DNA of 60,891 nt, filler included, from Hausera hauseri (taxonomy: Eukaryota), in NCBI GenBank assembly GCA_046269625.1. It is 11 parts of 11 records of this genome, joined end to end, with 100 filler letters (N's around TTAATTAATTAA, not from the genome) between each part and the next. Parts side by side here need not be neighbours in the genome. Positions count along the whole stretch, not along the records: positions 23,145 to 29,492 come from JBJURY010109764.1; positions 29,593 to 33,997 come from JBJURY010597333.1; positions 34,098 to 39,373 come from JBJURY010293058.1; 8 more parts are not named here. The stretch is one strand, 5' to 3'. This document shows positions 23,145 to 34,311 of the stretch, in pieces. Position numbers and translations under genes: made by a program. The stretch's first letter is position 1; each line of letters opens with the position of its first letter. Below the pieces are notes generated by a model. That model did not search any database, was not told where the DNA came from, and saw only the letters and a list, made by a program, of their open reading frames with translations.

Positions 23145-26104
23145 ATATCTTGATCCTGGTTCATAAATTCAAGCTCTCGGAAAAATTCAAATTTAATCCG
23201 CAATTTTACTTCGACTTCCATCGTGCCGATATCTAGTAGCATCTCCTCCAATTAATGTTTCCTTATCGACTCAACCACAGCGAACTCCCTTAGTCGTTCG
23301 TTAATCACTTCGGCTATAGAAGATAACAAGTCTATCCACTTCTCCAACTGTTTAGATATTACTGGTTTAGCTTATATAATTTCGTCTAAAACCTCAAAAG
23401 CTTCTTTTAGTTCATGATCTGGTCCTCGTATGAATTCTAGGATTTGTTTCGTGTAGTTGAATTCTTCTTTATACTCGTCTAATTCGAGAAGACAGGCACG
23501 TATTATTGTTTGTACTTCTACCCTTTCAAAGTAAACTATACCGATCAGTAAGTCGTTAATTTTGGCTCGTATTTCCTTTTCTCTTTCGATACGTATTTTT
23601 AAATCCGGGTATTTCTGAGGTTTATCCTTTATTGGGCTGCACATTTCTAATAGGAAGAAAATATCGGTTTGGTCTATACTCAGTATCTTTAGGTTGGCAT
23701 CAGTCAGTTCGTATAGTGGCTTATTATAGAGATAAGAAATTATCGCTTCTTCCATCTCATGCATCAATCCTTCTAAATTACGTCTTACGCGTTTTTGTTT
23801 TGGGTTGTTTTTAAGTGTATCTAACAATCCTTGTGCTTGATCAACTTGGTCAAGAAACGATTCGTTTTTATTCCTCCATATTTTCGTAAAATTGATATCA
23901 TTAGTTGTCCACAGTACCAATTTATTTTTAAAACTTTTCATCAAATCTTGCGGTACTTCTTGCAGTTCGTATGGTATGTCTTCTTCTCCTTTCTGGATGC
24001 TGATTCTAAGCTTCTTATATAACTTTTCTATGAATTGTTGTTCTTTTCCCGAAATACCCAATTGTTTGCTCATCTGCTGGAGTTTTTGCAGGTTCACAGG
24101 TAATCTTTCGGGATCGTTCAGTGCGTCTGTTATTTCTATTAGCTCATTCGCATTTTCCCAAGGTTTTTTTATCTTTCCGAACTTAACCGGTTTTTTTTCT
24201 TCTGCCTCCTCTTCACTAGGTTGTAACGAACATACTTCATTGATTTCATCCATATTTGAGATATTTGTTGTTTCCAGGATGTCTTGAGCTATAGCAGGAA
24301 TATTAAACTCTGTTTCGTCTCTTAAAGTGATGGTGAAATATTCCTCTTTTTCTACATCCTTTTTGAAGGATGATCGTGAACGAGTTCTCGACCTTCTCCT
24401 AAGAGAGGGGCTTATACCTCTATTTTTCGTCATCTTGAGTATCAGTGGGCCAATGAATTCGCTTTCAACCTCCTTTATTGCTTTGTCCTTATCTTGAGGC
24501 GCAATCTCGGTATCAGCATCCAAGTCTACGCTTGGAGGCGTAGTTGGCTTTGCCACTGGATTTAGGTTTTTCTTTCTGGCCATATTAGTATTCCTGGGCG
24601 CTATAGCCTTTTCGTATTCTGTTTTTGGTTCTATTAATCAATGATAAACTTCCATTTGATGCAAATTTTCTTTGTATTCCTTCCTAGCCTTGATTACTTG
24701 TGGGTTATTAGATTTGCCCATATTTCTTACATACCTTCGTAAGTCTTAAATCTCGATAATCATGCTTATGTCACCTCGTTTCCCGTAGATTCCTTCCTAA
24801 TTATCTTTTATCATGCTAGCTTTATTAGTCTCCGCAAATGATACACTTCGCGGATTAGGGCATGATCTAGCTATGTGACCTTCCTTACCACATGAATAAC
24901 AAATTAAATTTCCGTCTCGACCGATCCTTTGTCTTCCGTCTTCATTTACTGGTAATTTGGGTCTACCCATTGTTTTGCCCTGAGTTTGTTTTGCAAATCC
25001 ATTATTTCTGTTTTCAAAACTCCGATTATCTATATATCGGTTTTTATTACTTCGGTCACTATTCTGGTTTCTATTAGGATTATAACCTGTTTTGTTATAA
25101 GGATTATAGGCATTCCGATTATCATTAAAATTCCTATTATCATATCTCGTGTTGCGATTGATGACGTTTTGAGCTCTATTCTCATAGCCTCGATCCTTAT
25201 TATTTTTGCTAAATCTTCTATTGTTTCTGTTTCTATCTCGATTATCGCGATCATTATTTCGGTCAAATCTATCACTCTGTCTAGTGTATTTATCTAACGC
25301 CATTTCTAAATTTTGAGCTAGCTGCAATGCAGATTCAAAATTGTCTGGTCGAGCCAAAATCAATTGCTTAACTAAATCTCTGGACCATATACCCTTTATT
25401 AAATGTATTGTCATCATGACATCTAAATTTGGTGGATTAGCTTTTTCTGCCGCTTCTCGTTCTGCTTCTGCCTTTTCCTTGGCAGCATTACCCATCCTTA
25501 ACCTGCTTACGTAACTATTAGCAAGTTTCTTAAGTGCGAATGCAAATTGCTTAACCGATTCACCTTTTTGTTGTGTCCTATTCTAGAAAGCCATCAGTTT
25601 ATGTTGTAGCGTAACTGTCGGTAATAGTTTACGATTCAGGGCTCCTACTACAGAGGACCATGTTTTCTTCTCATCATTAGTAAGTTCACTATAGGCATCT
25701 GCAGCCAAATTTTTCAAATATAGAGATAATCGCTTAATCATAACTTCGGGCGCAAGGCTGGCACCTTCTGCGTGCAATTTGTAGGTTCTTAAAAAGTCAT
25801 TTAACCCATCCGGGTCTCCATCATACGCGGGCAAATTTAACGAGTCGAACGTGAATATATCCAGTTTCTGAGCTACCGCTGGATTATCTGTTGCCATTTT
25901 AATTTTATTCGTTTTATCTACCTTGGTTCTAGGGGGAACTTTAAATTCTCTAACAGAGTCTAATTCTGTATCGGACAGATAGTGTTTATCTATTATCTTA
26001 TCTTCAGTATAAAGTCTATTTCTTGTCTCTCTTTGACTTGGTTCCTTTTTACCGTTCAATAATGATTTTTGATTCAATTTGAACCTATCAATGTTTGCTC
26101 TCAA
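23145..26104 (-). pseudogene. gag: Retrotransposon Gag (capsid + CCHC) with in-frame extension, copy 2
   Basis: LPAYDGDPDGLNDFL...LYLKNLAADAY..L...TW..V..AL...RTQQKGESV capsid motifs and CYSCGKEGHIARSC. ORFs 25583-26104, 24797-25495 and 23372-24583 are in one frame and homologous to copy 1. Confidence 0.85.
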
Positions 26105-26252
26105 TTCAATTTACTTAATCCCTTCTATCAACTTATAATCCCAAATTTTAAACTTCAATTCCTATTAAATCAATTACTTGATGTAAATGGCGCTATTCGC
26201 CGGTATGTCGTTAATTGGTTTCTCAAGAATCAAGTCTAGCGATGCACAAACT

Positions 26253-26270
26253 GTCCAGCTAGGGTCGCCA
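26253..26270 (-). promoter_or_regulatory. Primer-binding site (probably tRNA-Arg type)
   Basis: Minus strand TGGCGACCCTAGCTGGAC, 4 nt after a ...TAACA end and upstream of gag; complementary to a tRNA-like 3' end ...GGTCGCCA. Confidence 0.7.
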
Positions 26271-26274
26271 AGTA

Positions 26275-26315
26275 TGTTATAGTTGGGGTGGGCCCTACCG
26301 TCTCCCACTATAACA
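26275..26315. repeat. 41-bp TG..CA inverted-repeat unit (LTR U5 end or mini-LTR)
   Basis: TGTTATAGT ... ACTATAACA form perfect 9-bp arms. Confidence 0.75.
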
Positions 26316-26872
26316 ATATTAGATTAAATTTAGATTCGCTCTGTGAGCAGGTTAGGATTACTCGTTCTCGAGTAATCTGCTTGTGACTTAAAGATTTTTA
26401 GAAATTTTAAACTGATGCAGGTACTGCGTGCGTTAGAATGCATGTCTCAGATTACAGAGATTTAGTCTTATTTATAATATTTTGAGTAATATTTTAATCT
26501 TAGGGAAGTACAAATCGTCTTTAAGAGACGATGGAGAGCTATAGATTTTAAAACTGAAACAGAATAAATAATAACCTTTTTTACACCGACTACAAACAGT
26601 TTTCAATCAACGTAATAGATAAAGTTTTTACCACGAAAATTCTCTGATTATCGCTTGTTACGAACCTAAGTCGTAAAAATTTTGTTCTGACTGTCGTTTT
26701 CTACTATCTTTTTATATACTATTGGTCTAACACAAGAAAATCTGTTACTGGGATTATTTTACATTTTCTGGCTTTTTCTGATTATTTTCAGGCAATATTT
26801 ACAATTGATTAGCACTAATGCTATGCAGCTGCTATATTCTAAATCGATTAATTTTCTAAATTTACACAGCTG

Positions 26873-29301
26873 TTATTTTTCACCGATTAATTTGTCGGAG
26901 GAGCCTATTGCGTCAGAAGAGGTGGCGCCAAACGTTTCAGGTCGTCTTAGTCGATTCATCCTTTCATCCAGATCCGATGGTGATTCCTGACGTTCTCGAC
27001 GTATTACGGAATTCGTTTCTAGGTTGTAACTGTGATAAGGTTTAATTCGGACAATGCGGGTATACCTTCCATTGGAATAATATTTTAACTCGGTGGCTTC
27101 TGCCCTGCATACTGGACAGGCCGTTTTCCCATTGTCGAGCGTCCACTTCTCCAGACAGTCTCGACAGTATTTATGACGACAGTTTTTATTGTCAAAAACT
27201 GCATATCCTTGTTTCAAATTTGCCTCATACACAGGACATTCACTATCTTCTTTGTCCCAATCTTTTCTATCCAAATCTACTTGGATGATTAATTCAATAG
27301 GCTTGAATACGAGACCATTCTTATCTTGATATAAGTAGCCATGGATCACTTTTTATTTGGGGTTAATTGAGCTCTTACGTGGGTTGCAATCCACTTGGAT
27401 TAAGGTCCAGTCTGCCATAACATCTTTGTCCAGATCGGGAATATTTCCTTCTATCTTATACTTCTGATATTGTTTCTTCAGTAATACTCCGATTTGTTTG
27501 TCCACAGGGACTACTATTTTTCCTGTCCTTTTTGATCGGAATAACGAAGTGAGATAGGTTCCGAGTCTAGTATTCTCCCATACATAGGTATTTTCTAATA
27601 CCTCTCTGGCTGGAGCAAGTTTGACGAAGAACATTGCTTCTTTTATTATTTTCTTACGGTAGTATTCTGTGGTTATTAACATCCTAGGAAAATCTTGGCT
27701 TGTTTTAAAATGTACATCCTCTTTACTTCTTTTTCCTATCAAGGCATTAATTTCCGTTATTATGGGGTTCCTAATTCCCTTCTTTAACGGTTTTATGTTT
27801 TGAGAAGTGCTTGGTTGATTCTGCGGATTTTCTACTTCTTGTCCTTCGTCTGTCTTTCGCCTTTTGAATAGGTAGTTGCATATGGATAATTTTTTTCTGG
27901 GTTTGGGTTTCTCTTCTATTCTCATCTTTTTAATTATTGTTGCTGGTCCTATTTCTTCTCTTCGTTCTTCTGGGGGCTTTGATGTTCCTTGTAGTAACTT
28001 TTCCTTTTCTCTAATTGTTAATGATTCCATCCTGTTTTCGGTTCCCTGTTCTGGTACAGTAATCTGGAGGCTATGTTTGTCCGTGAGCTGAATGGTTCGA
28101 ATTGGGGAATAAAGTTTTATGCTTCTCCTATATTTTCCATCTATCTGTTCAGGGTTTATAGGACTGCGTAGATTATATGCAGGATTTTTAGGGACCCATT
28201 CGTGTTTTCATTTTAGTGTTATAAATTTCTTGTAAGTATCTAGACCGTTGGCTAGCGGTCAGAAGCCTCGGAATCTTACTCGGATTTTTACTCATATCTT
28301 TGACGGTTATTTTGAAGAAAGCTTCTGGCGCGGTTGGTAGGTTTCTTCCTTGCACTGTCTTCTCCATACGTTTTTGAACTACCGGATGAGTGGCTATTTC
28401 CCTAAGTCCGGCGATATTTACATAGGATGCCCTAATAGCCCGATTTCTCTTTTGACATTGTATCCAGTTATCATACATCCATAAAGGCAATGTTCTAACT
28501 CCGAACGGACTTGTAAAATATCTCTTCCATTTATTAGTTGATCTTTTCTTAGACCAGTTACTTCTGCATGTGACTCCTGGACATGTTTTCTAGGGTTTAT
28601 GATGGTTCTGTTCCGTCTATATATATATAACTATAGTTCTGTTCCGTCTCTTTCCCGAATTGATATTTCGATCGATACTCCGTATCCATCATCTCCTCTA
28701 CCATAGTTTGTAGCTAAGATCCTTATGTTACGACCGTCTTGGACTAATCTATACGATTGCAAATGTTCATCTATTTCTGCCTCTGTGGAAGTTTGTTCAA
28801 ACTGTAGAACTGGCAAACCTAAGTTGCAGCTCTCTTTATAGATTACTTTGAATATCAGTTTAACCGGTAATGCGGCCACTCGAAATTCTAATCCATAATC
28901 GATAGTTTCTAGACCTTCTCTTATTTTAAATGTGCTGAATCGGTATTGGCGCCCTTCATTACCATCCCATTGCTGGCTATTTATTCTGTAGTAAACTTCA
29001 CTATCTGCTAGGTGGATAAATATGCCTTCTATTCGGGTGACTTTGCTTTTAATCATTTCTTTGAGTTCATAGCATCTGGCTTTATTGTTCTCACGCATGG
29101 TGTATAACAAGACTGTGCGATTTTTTTCAGTAGTTCCCTTTAAGTCGTTGGGTACCTCGTTCACTTTTCTATATTCAATATTCGTCTCTGTTCGTAACGC
29201 ATCGTTTATCCTTCGATATAGCCCTTTTGATTTCGGAATGAAAACCGTTCCATACTGTTATAGGAAATTGTCGATCCTAGGTCGGCTGTTCGTACTTACC
29301 A
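26873..29301 (-). pseudogene. ~800-aa orphan protein with C-terminal C3HC4 RING finger, copy 2
   Basis: RING CPV(Y)...CRHKYCRDCLEKW...CPVCR at ~27100-27235. ORFs 27353-28030 and 26873-27349 are in frame, split by one stop. The N-terminal part is homologous to 9036-10559. Confidence 0.78.
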
Positions 29302-30000
29302 TTCTGAAAGAAAATACAAAATAAGCGTCAATCCTAAAACAAAGCATTGTTTGACATTTGAACCAATTCTTTGTTTGATGGTGGAATAACCCGATCTGTC
29401 GTTGTCAGGATAATCCATCATTTATTTCATTCTGTGGTACCATCACCCTTAATTCCCTCTCATAGATTTTAGGGCGTTTATTATGGCAGTTTNNNNNNNN
29501 NNNNNNNNNNNNNNNNNNNNNNNNNNNNNNNNNNNNTTAATTAATTAANNNNNNNNNNNNNNNNNNNNNNNNNNNNNNNNNNNNNNNNNNNNTATTTAAC
29601 AACGGGACATTCTCAAAACGCAATATTGCTCCTGCTGTTGTCACAAAATTACTAATTACATTTCATATCAACTTCCCTGATTTCACAAACACGTTCAATA
29701 TTTTCATTGAATTTGTAAAAAATTGTGATTCAACTATTTTGGAAAACAAGCAGAATATACTTGATTACGCTATTGTCACTACATGGGCCAGTATCAATAT
29801 TCAGCTTATTCGTGATCATGAGGCGAATGGTGTTCCCGGAAACCGAGTGGTGATTGTGGAGGTTCCGGGCAGAGTCGGCTCACTTGCATCGGAGTATACC
29901 ATAAGCACAAGACTTCACAAATGGTGTCAGAAATTCACGAAGTAATATTTATATTTTTCTCAATTGTGAATCTTAAACTTTTTCTGCCTTGGTTTAACAG

Positions 30001-30885
30001 CCGCAGTGGCACCATCGGGAAATGGTAAAACAATCACTTACCTTGTTCCCATTGTACATCAAATCACGGACATGCGGCGATATCTCAGTCATAAAGTATC
30101 GTACGAGTTGAAGATAATGCTCGAGGCCCACAGCGCCCCTGAATTACGTGTTTTTGAGAAGGAATGGAATCAATATGAGGGATGCGTTAAATGCCCGGTC
30201 TTTTAATTTCGGATGAAGCTCTTGGACAAACTGCGATATCGATATATAATGCGCACACATTTCTTCACGTCGATGTAACAAAAGAAACATTCGGTCGATG
30301 ATTTTCGACAGATTTTCTAAATTCCCATTCTTTCCAGCATTTAAACCCAAAACTAAAGAGACATCTCTTTGTTATTCCTACGTCTGTCTGAATCCGAATG
30401 TCTTAAGTTGTAAAAATGCTTATTATTTACGTTTGGTTCCAACTCGATGTGACTGTAAGAGACCAGATTGGTTAAATGACAAAGCAGTCGACTTTTTACT
30501 CGCAAAGGAAAAGTCAAAGGGTGTAAATAAAATGTATGCGAATAAAAGCGCATGATGAATGCATTTTACCACCATGTCCTCGACGTCACATTCTTCAACT
30601 GGAAGTTGACAAACCTGTCCTTCTGAATAAGGGGTACAGCAAATTTAGCATGGTATACTTTGACAATCTGAGTCATTTCTACATCCGTGTCTTTAACCAT
30701 TCTGCAGAGGGCTCCACTGAAACATTCAAATTCGGTTATCTGCTGGTCGAATTAAAGGGAAACAGTTATTTCTGCCATCGTCATAATGTCCAGGATGTTA
30801 ATGCCAAATTTATTCAACCCGAACTCGTCGCTGAATACCAATCCAAAGATGGTTTTGAACGTGTTAAAGTCCTCCAAAAGACGGC
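30001..30885 (+). pseudogene. TDRD12-like (helicase motif I + Cys/His motif + extended Tudor start) fragment
   Basis: VAPSGNGKTITYLVPIV (SF2 motif I), then KE....M.ANIKAHDEC..PPCPRRH...D.P...GY.KF..VYFDN.SHFYIRV...FERVKVL, matching TDRD12/Yb-family architecture as I recall it. An intron-like GTAATA..TTTAACAG lies at 29942-30000. Confidence 0.62.
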
Positions 30886-30889
30886 GAAA

Positions 30890-33800
30890 AAAGCGGGGAC
30901 CTCGGCTACCCCGCCGTTTGCGGCCCGTCACGGCGAGGCTGAAGCCACGGCCGCCCACCCTAAGCCATTAGATCAGACGGGAACGTTCGTTGCCGCCCTA
31001 CGAAACTCTCCCGGCCACATGACCTCTCCTTATCTCCTATTCCTTTTCTTAAACAACAGACACATTGGCACAAATGCAGTAACACATTTTAACACGGCGG
31101 CAATCTACAACTTCATCTCCCTTTTCCTTCGCTCACCTGACTTTTATCTCACACATTACGGCTTCACGATACCTCTCCTTGGAACTCTGCAATCTTCGTC
31201 ATCCAACATCTGTCTTCACATACACTTTCGAATCCGTGGTGGCATGGATTCATCACCTACTATTGATACCACGGGCAAACTAACCAAACCACCGATCTTT
31301 ATCACTTACTTACCCAAACAAAGTGCTTCAAACACTTCGATACAACATACACTCCCCACTCATTCACTCTGCACAGAATATATCCTGGACAGCCAAAACT
31401 CCAATCAAACATGACTAAAACTCCATCAATTCTGGCTTCAATCACAAAACGTCGTCGACCCCTTATCCAAAGCCAACAGCCTATTTTTTCATTTACCTGC
31501 TTCCACCAAAACAAAAATCACCAACATCGTCCACATCCTTTACCACACTGATTCGTATGCTCAACTTTATAATGCTGTTCTTAAGCTCGCTTAGCCGTCA
31601 ATCGACTCTATCATTCAAAGATTCTTAAATGACAACGCCATGGGCCTACAGAAGCCTTTTGAATTCTTGCGCACATCTTTGTCTTATCTTAATACCGTTG
31701 GCGTAACATCTGAGCATAGTCCAGACCTTTTTGTCGCTACTTTTTAAATGCATCGCCCCTTCAAATAAGAGCTTTTGCTAACTGTGGTCGAAGACTCCAC
31801 GGCGCTGGAAAAGCTAGGCGAACTGGCCAATAAAGCTTATGAAGTGTTGCACTCACACACAACACCCACTGTCTCTGCGGCATTAACAACAAACCAACAA
31901 CAACAAAATGCAATGCTGCAGCAACAAATTGCGCAATTACACACAGAATATGAAATGTTGCAAAAAACAATTAACAACATAAACGAGAAATTAAATGAGT
32001 TAACGCTGCCTCCACGGGGTTTTTTTCGGGCTGATTCCCCTAAAATATTTAATCAACGACAAAGACGGTCGCCTTCGCCCGCGCGGTCGTCTACTTGCTA
32101 CTACCATAACAAATTCGGTAATAATGCTCAGAAATATTGCATCGGTTGTAAATTTTACTCCCCCGATTTTAATACAAGCAACATCGATTGCATCTACCAC
32201 TCAAATTTTGGAACAAAAGCACAAAAATGTCTACCTGGCTGTAACTACAACACGCACAATAAAATCGATACTATTAAACTTACACAAAATAGTAGGCCAA
32301 ACTCACCAGCTACAAAAAACTGATTTCGCCGCTAGAACACACGGCAAGTTCTAGCAAAGGCAACAACCTACAAAACGATAGCCGACACATTTCTTTTGCT
32401 GTATTCACGTTGGAAGCAGCAGTCGTCACTCCAACAAAGCAAAACGTTAACTTTGTCATAGACACCAGTGCAGCAATCTTTTTACTACCACCAACACAAC
32501 ACACCCAAAACAATTACACTTCAAAAAAGCAACTGTTCACTGAGTCCGGTGAACATTTACAAATTTTGGTGTTACTAAATTAACCTTCACTCTTCCAAAT
32601 TTCCCAAACACATTCACCTGGAAATTTACAGTAGCCAATGTACTCACACCTATATTGGGTTCACACTTTCTGTCCCACTATAATTTACTTGAAAACTGCA
32701 AACGATGTTCCTTAAAGAGTGGAAATAATTTTAATTAAATTAGCAGCATTTCGGCAATCACCCCGGCGATCGCTTCCAGCAAGTCAATACTAAAGAAAAC
32801 GACTTCCGATTTAAATTATTTTTATAATCATTCATTATACAGAAATTTTTATTACGGCAACAAATACGATATTGTTAACTGCGTGACACCTATTACTGAT
32901 ACTACAGCTGCCAACACCATCTTTAACACGAACATCCTGCACCAAATACCAAACTGGAAAGATCATGAATAATCTGAAGATCCAAATCCCCATGGTCTTC
33001 ACCCCTACATGTTCCAAAAAAGGATGGTACATTTCGCCCATGCGGTGATTACCGCCAACTCAACATCATAACAACAATGGATGCCTACCCTCTACCATTA
33101 ATCAACGATTTCTTACACAGGCTCCATAGTTCGACCAATTTTTCCTGCATTGCTTTGCATAAAGCATATCACCAAATTCCGGTGGCCCAAGCAGACATTC
33201 CGAAAATGGCTGTCATTGCACCTTTTGGCATTTTTGAATACTTATTCATGCCTTTTGGACGCCGCAGCGCTTCCCAGACCTTCCAAAGGCATGTAGATAC
33301 ACGCCTATCATGTTTATACTTCGCTTATCTTAATATAGATGATATTCCAATTGCATCATCTTCCTCGAAACAACACTCCAAACACTTAGGTTTAATCATC
33401 CAGCGTTTGCACCAAAACAATTTGCAAATCAGTTTTTCTAAATGTTATTTTTTCAACATAAGGTCAACGTCCTAGGATATGTTATTAGCTTCTCCGGATA
33501 TTCACCTGAGCCAGAGCGCATCACAGACTCAAAAACGTACAACTACCACGTACATCAACAGAGATGCGTTCTTTCCTCGAAACATTGCACTTTATTCATG
33601 AGTATGTTCCATACTGCTCCACTCTAACCGCTCCATTTGCATCACTAAGCTCTGGCAAGAGAAAACAGCCTATTCAATGGACCGCCAAGCTAGTCAACGT
33701 TTTCGATCAACTTAAAGATAATCTAAAAACCGTAGAAATCCTGGCCTATCCAGACTCCCATGCAGAACTCTTCTTAACCCCGGATGCGTCCACAACAGTT

Positions 33801-33997
33801 GCAGGTGCTGTCCTCCATCAAGTCAAAAGTGGATCCCTTGAGCCACTGAAATTCTTCTGTCGAAAATTCACGGCACAAGAGCAAAGATATTCCACCTTTG
33901 ACAGAGAGTTGCTTGCAATAGTCCTTGCCGTAAAACACTTTAAACATCTGCTAACTGCACGAACTTTTACAATACAAACGGATCAGAAGCCCTTGCT
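30890..33997 (+). mobile_element. Ty3/Gypsy LTR retrotransposon (CsRn1-like), copy B, degenerate UBL-gag-pol
   Basis: gag homologous to copy A with two CHCC motifs; AAAAAAC-TGA at 32314-32323; protease FVIDTSA; RT FG...ASQTFQR and NIDDI; RNase H PDAS...YSTFDRELLAI...TDQKPL. Confidence 0.92.
31019..31243 (+). CDS. 75-aa ubiquitin-like leader of Gag ending in di-glycine
   Basis: MTSPYLLFLFLNN...PDFYLTHYGFTI...NICLHIHFRIRGG followed directly by M; compare ubiquitin MQIFVK...RLIFAGKQL...TLHLVLRLRGG. Confidence 0.6.
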
Positions 33998-34311
33998 NNN
34001 NNNNNNNNNNNNNNNNNNNNNNNNNNNNNNNNNNNNNNNNNTTAATTAATTAANNNNNNNNNNNNNNNNNNNNNNNNNNNNNNNNNNNNNNNNNNNNTAT
34101 ATTAAGAAGTTAAAGAAGATCCCAGCATATAAAAACATTACTTCAGAAGATTTAGCTCAATTATTAGTAGAAAAACTTACTCGGAAAAACTTAGAAAAAA
34201 GTATGTTTGTTAGTAACTGATATTCATGATCAGAGCGATATAAAAACAATCACTGGAACAGTGATACAGTTAAGCCAAAATATAATACCAAATAAATGAT
34301 CCTGGAATGAC

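Noticed and set aside
18003-25297. Numerous plus-strand Ser/Ile/Phe-rich ORFs
   Set aside because: They are antisense shadows of the A-rich minus-strand gag/env coding sequence.
26253-26270. tRNA gene (ends GGTCGCCA)
   Set aside because: Only 18 nt resemble a tRNA 3' end and there is no cloverleaf; the position fits a PBS.
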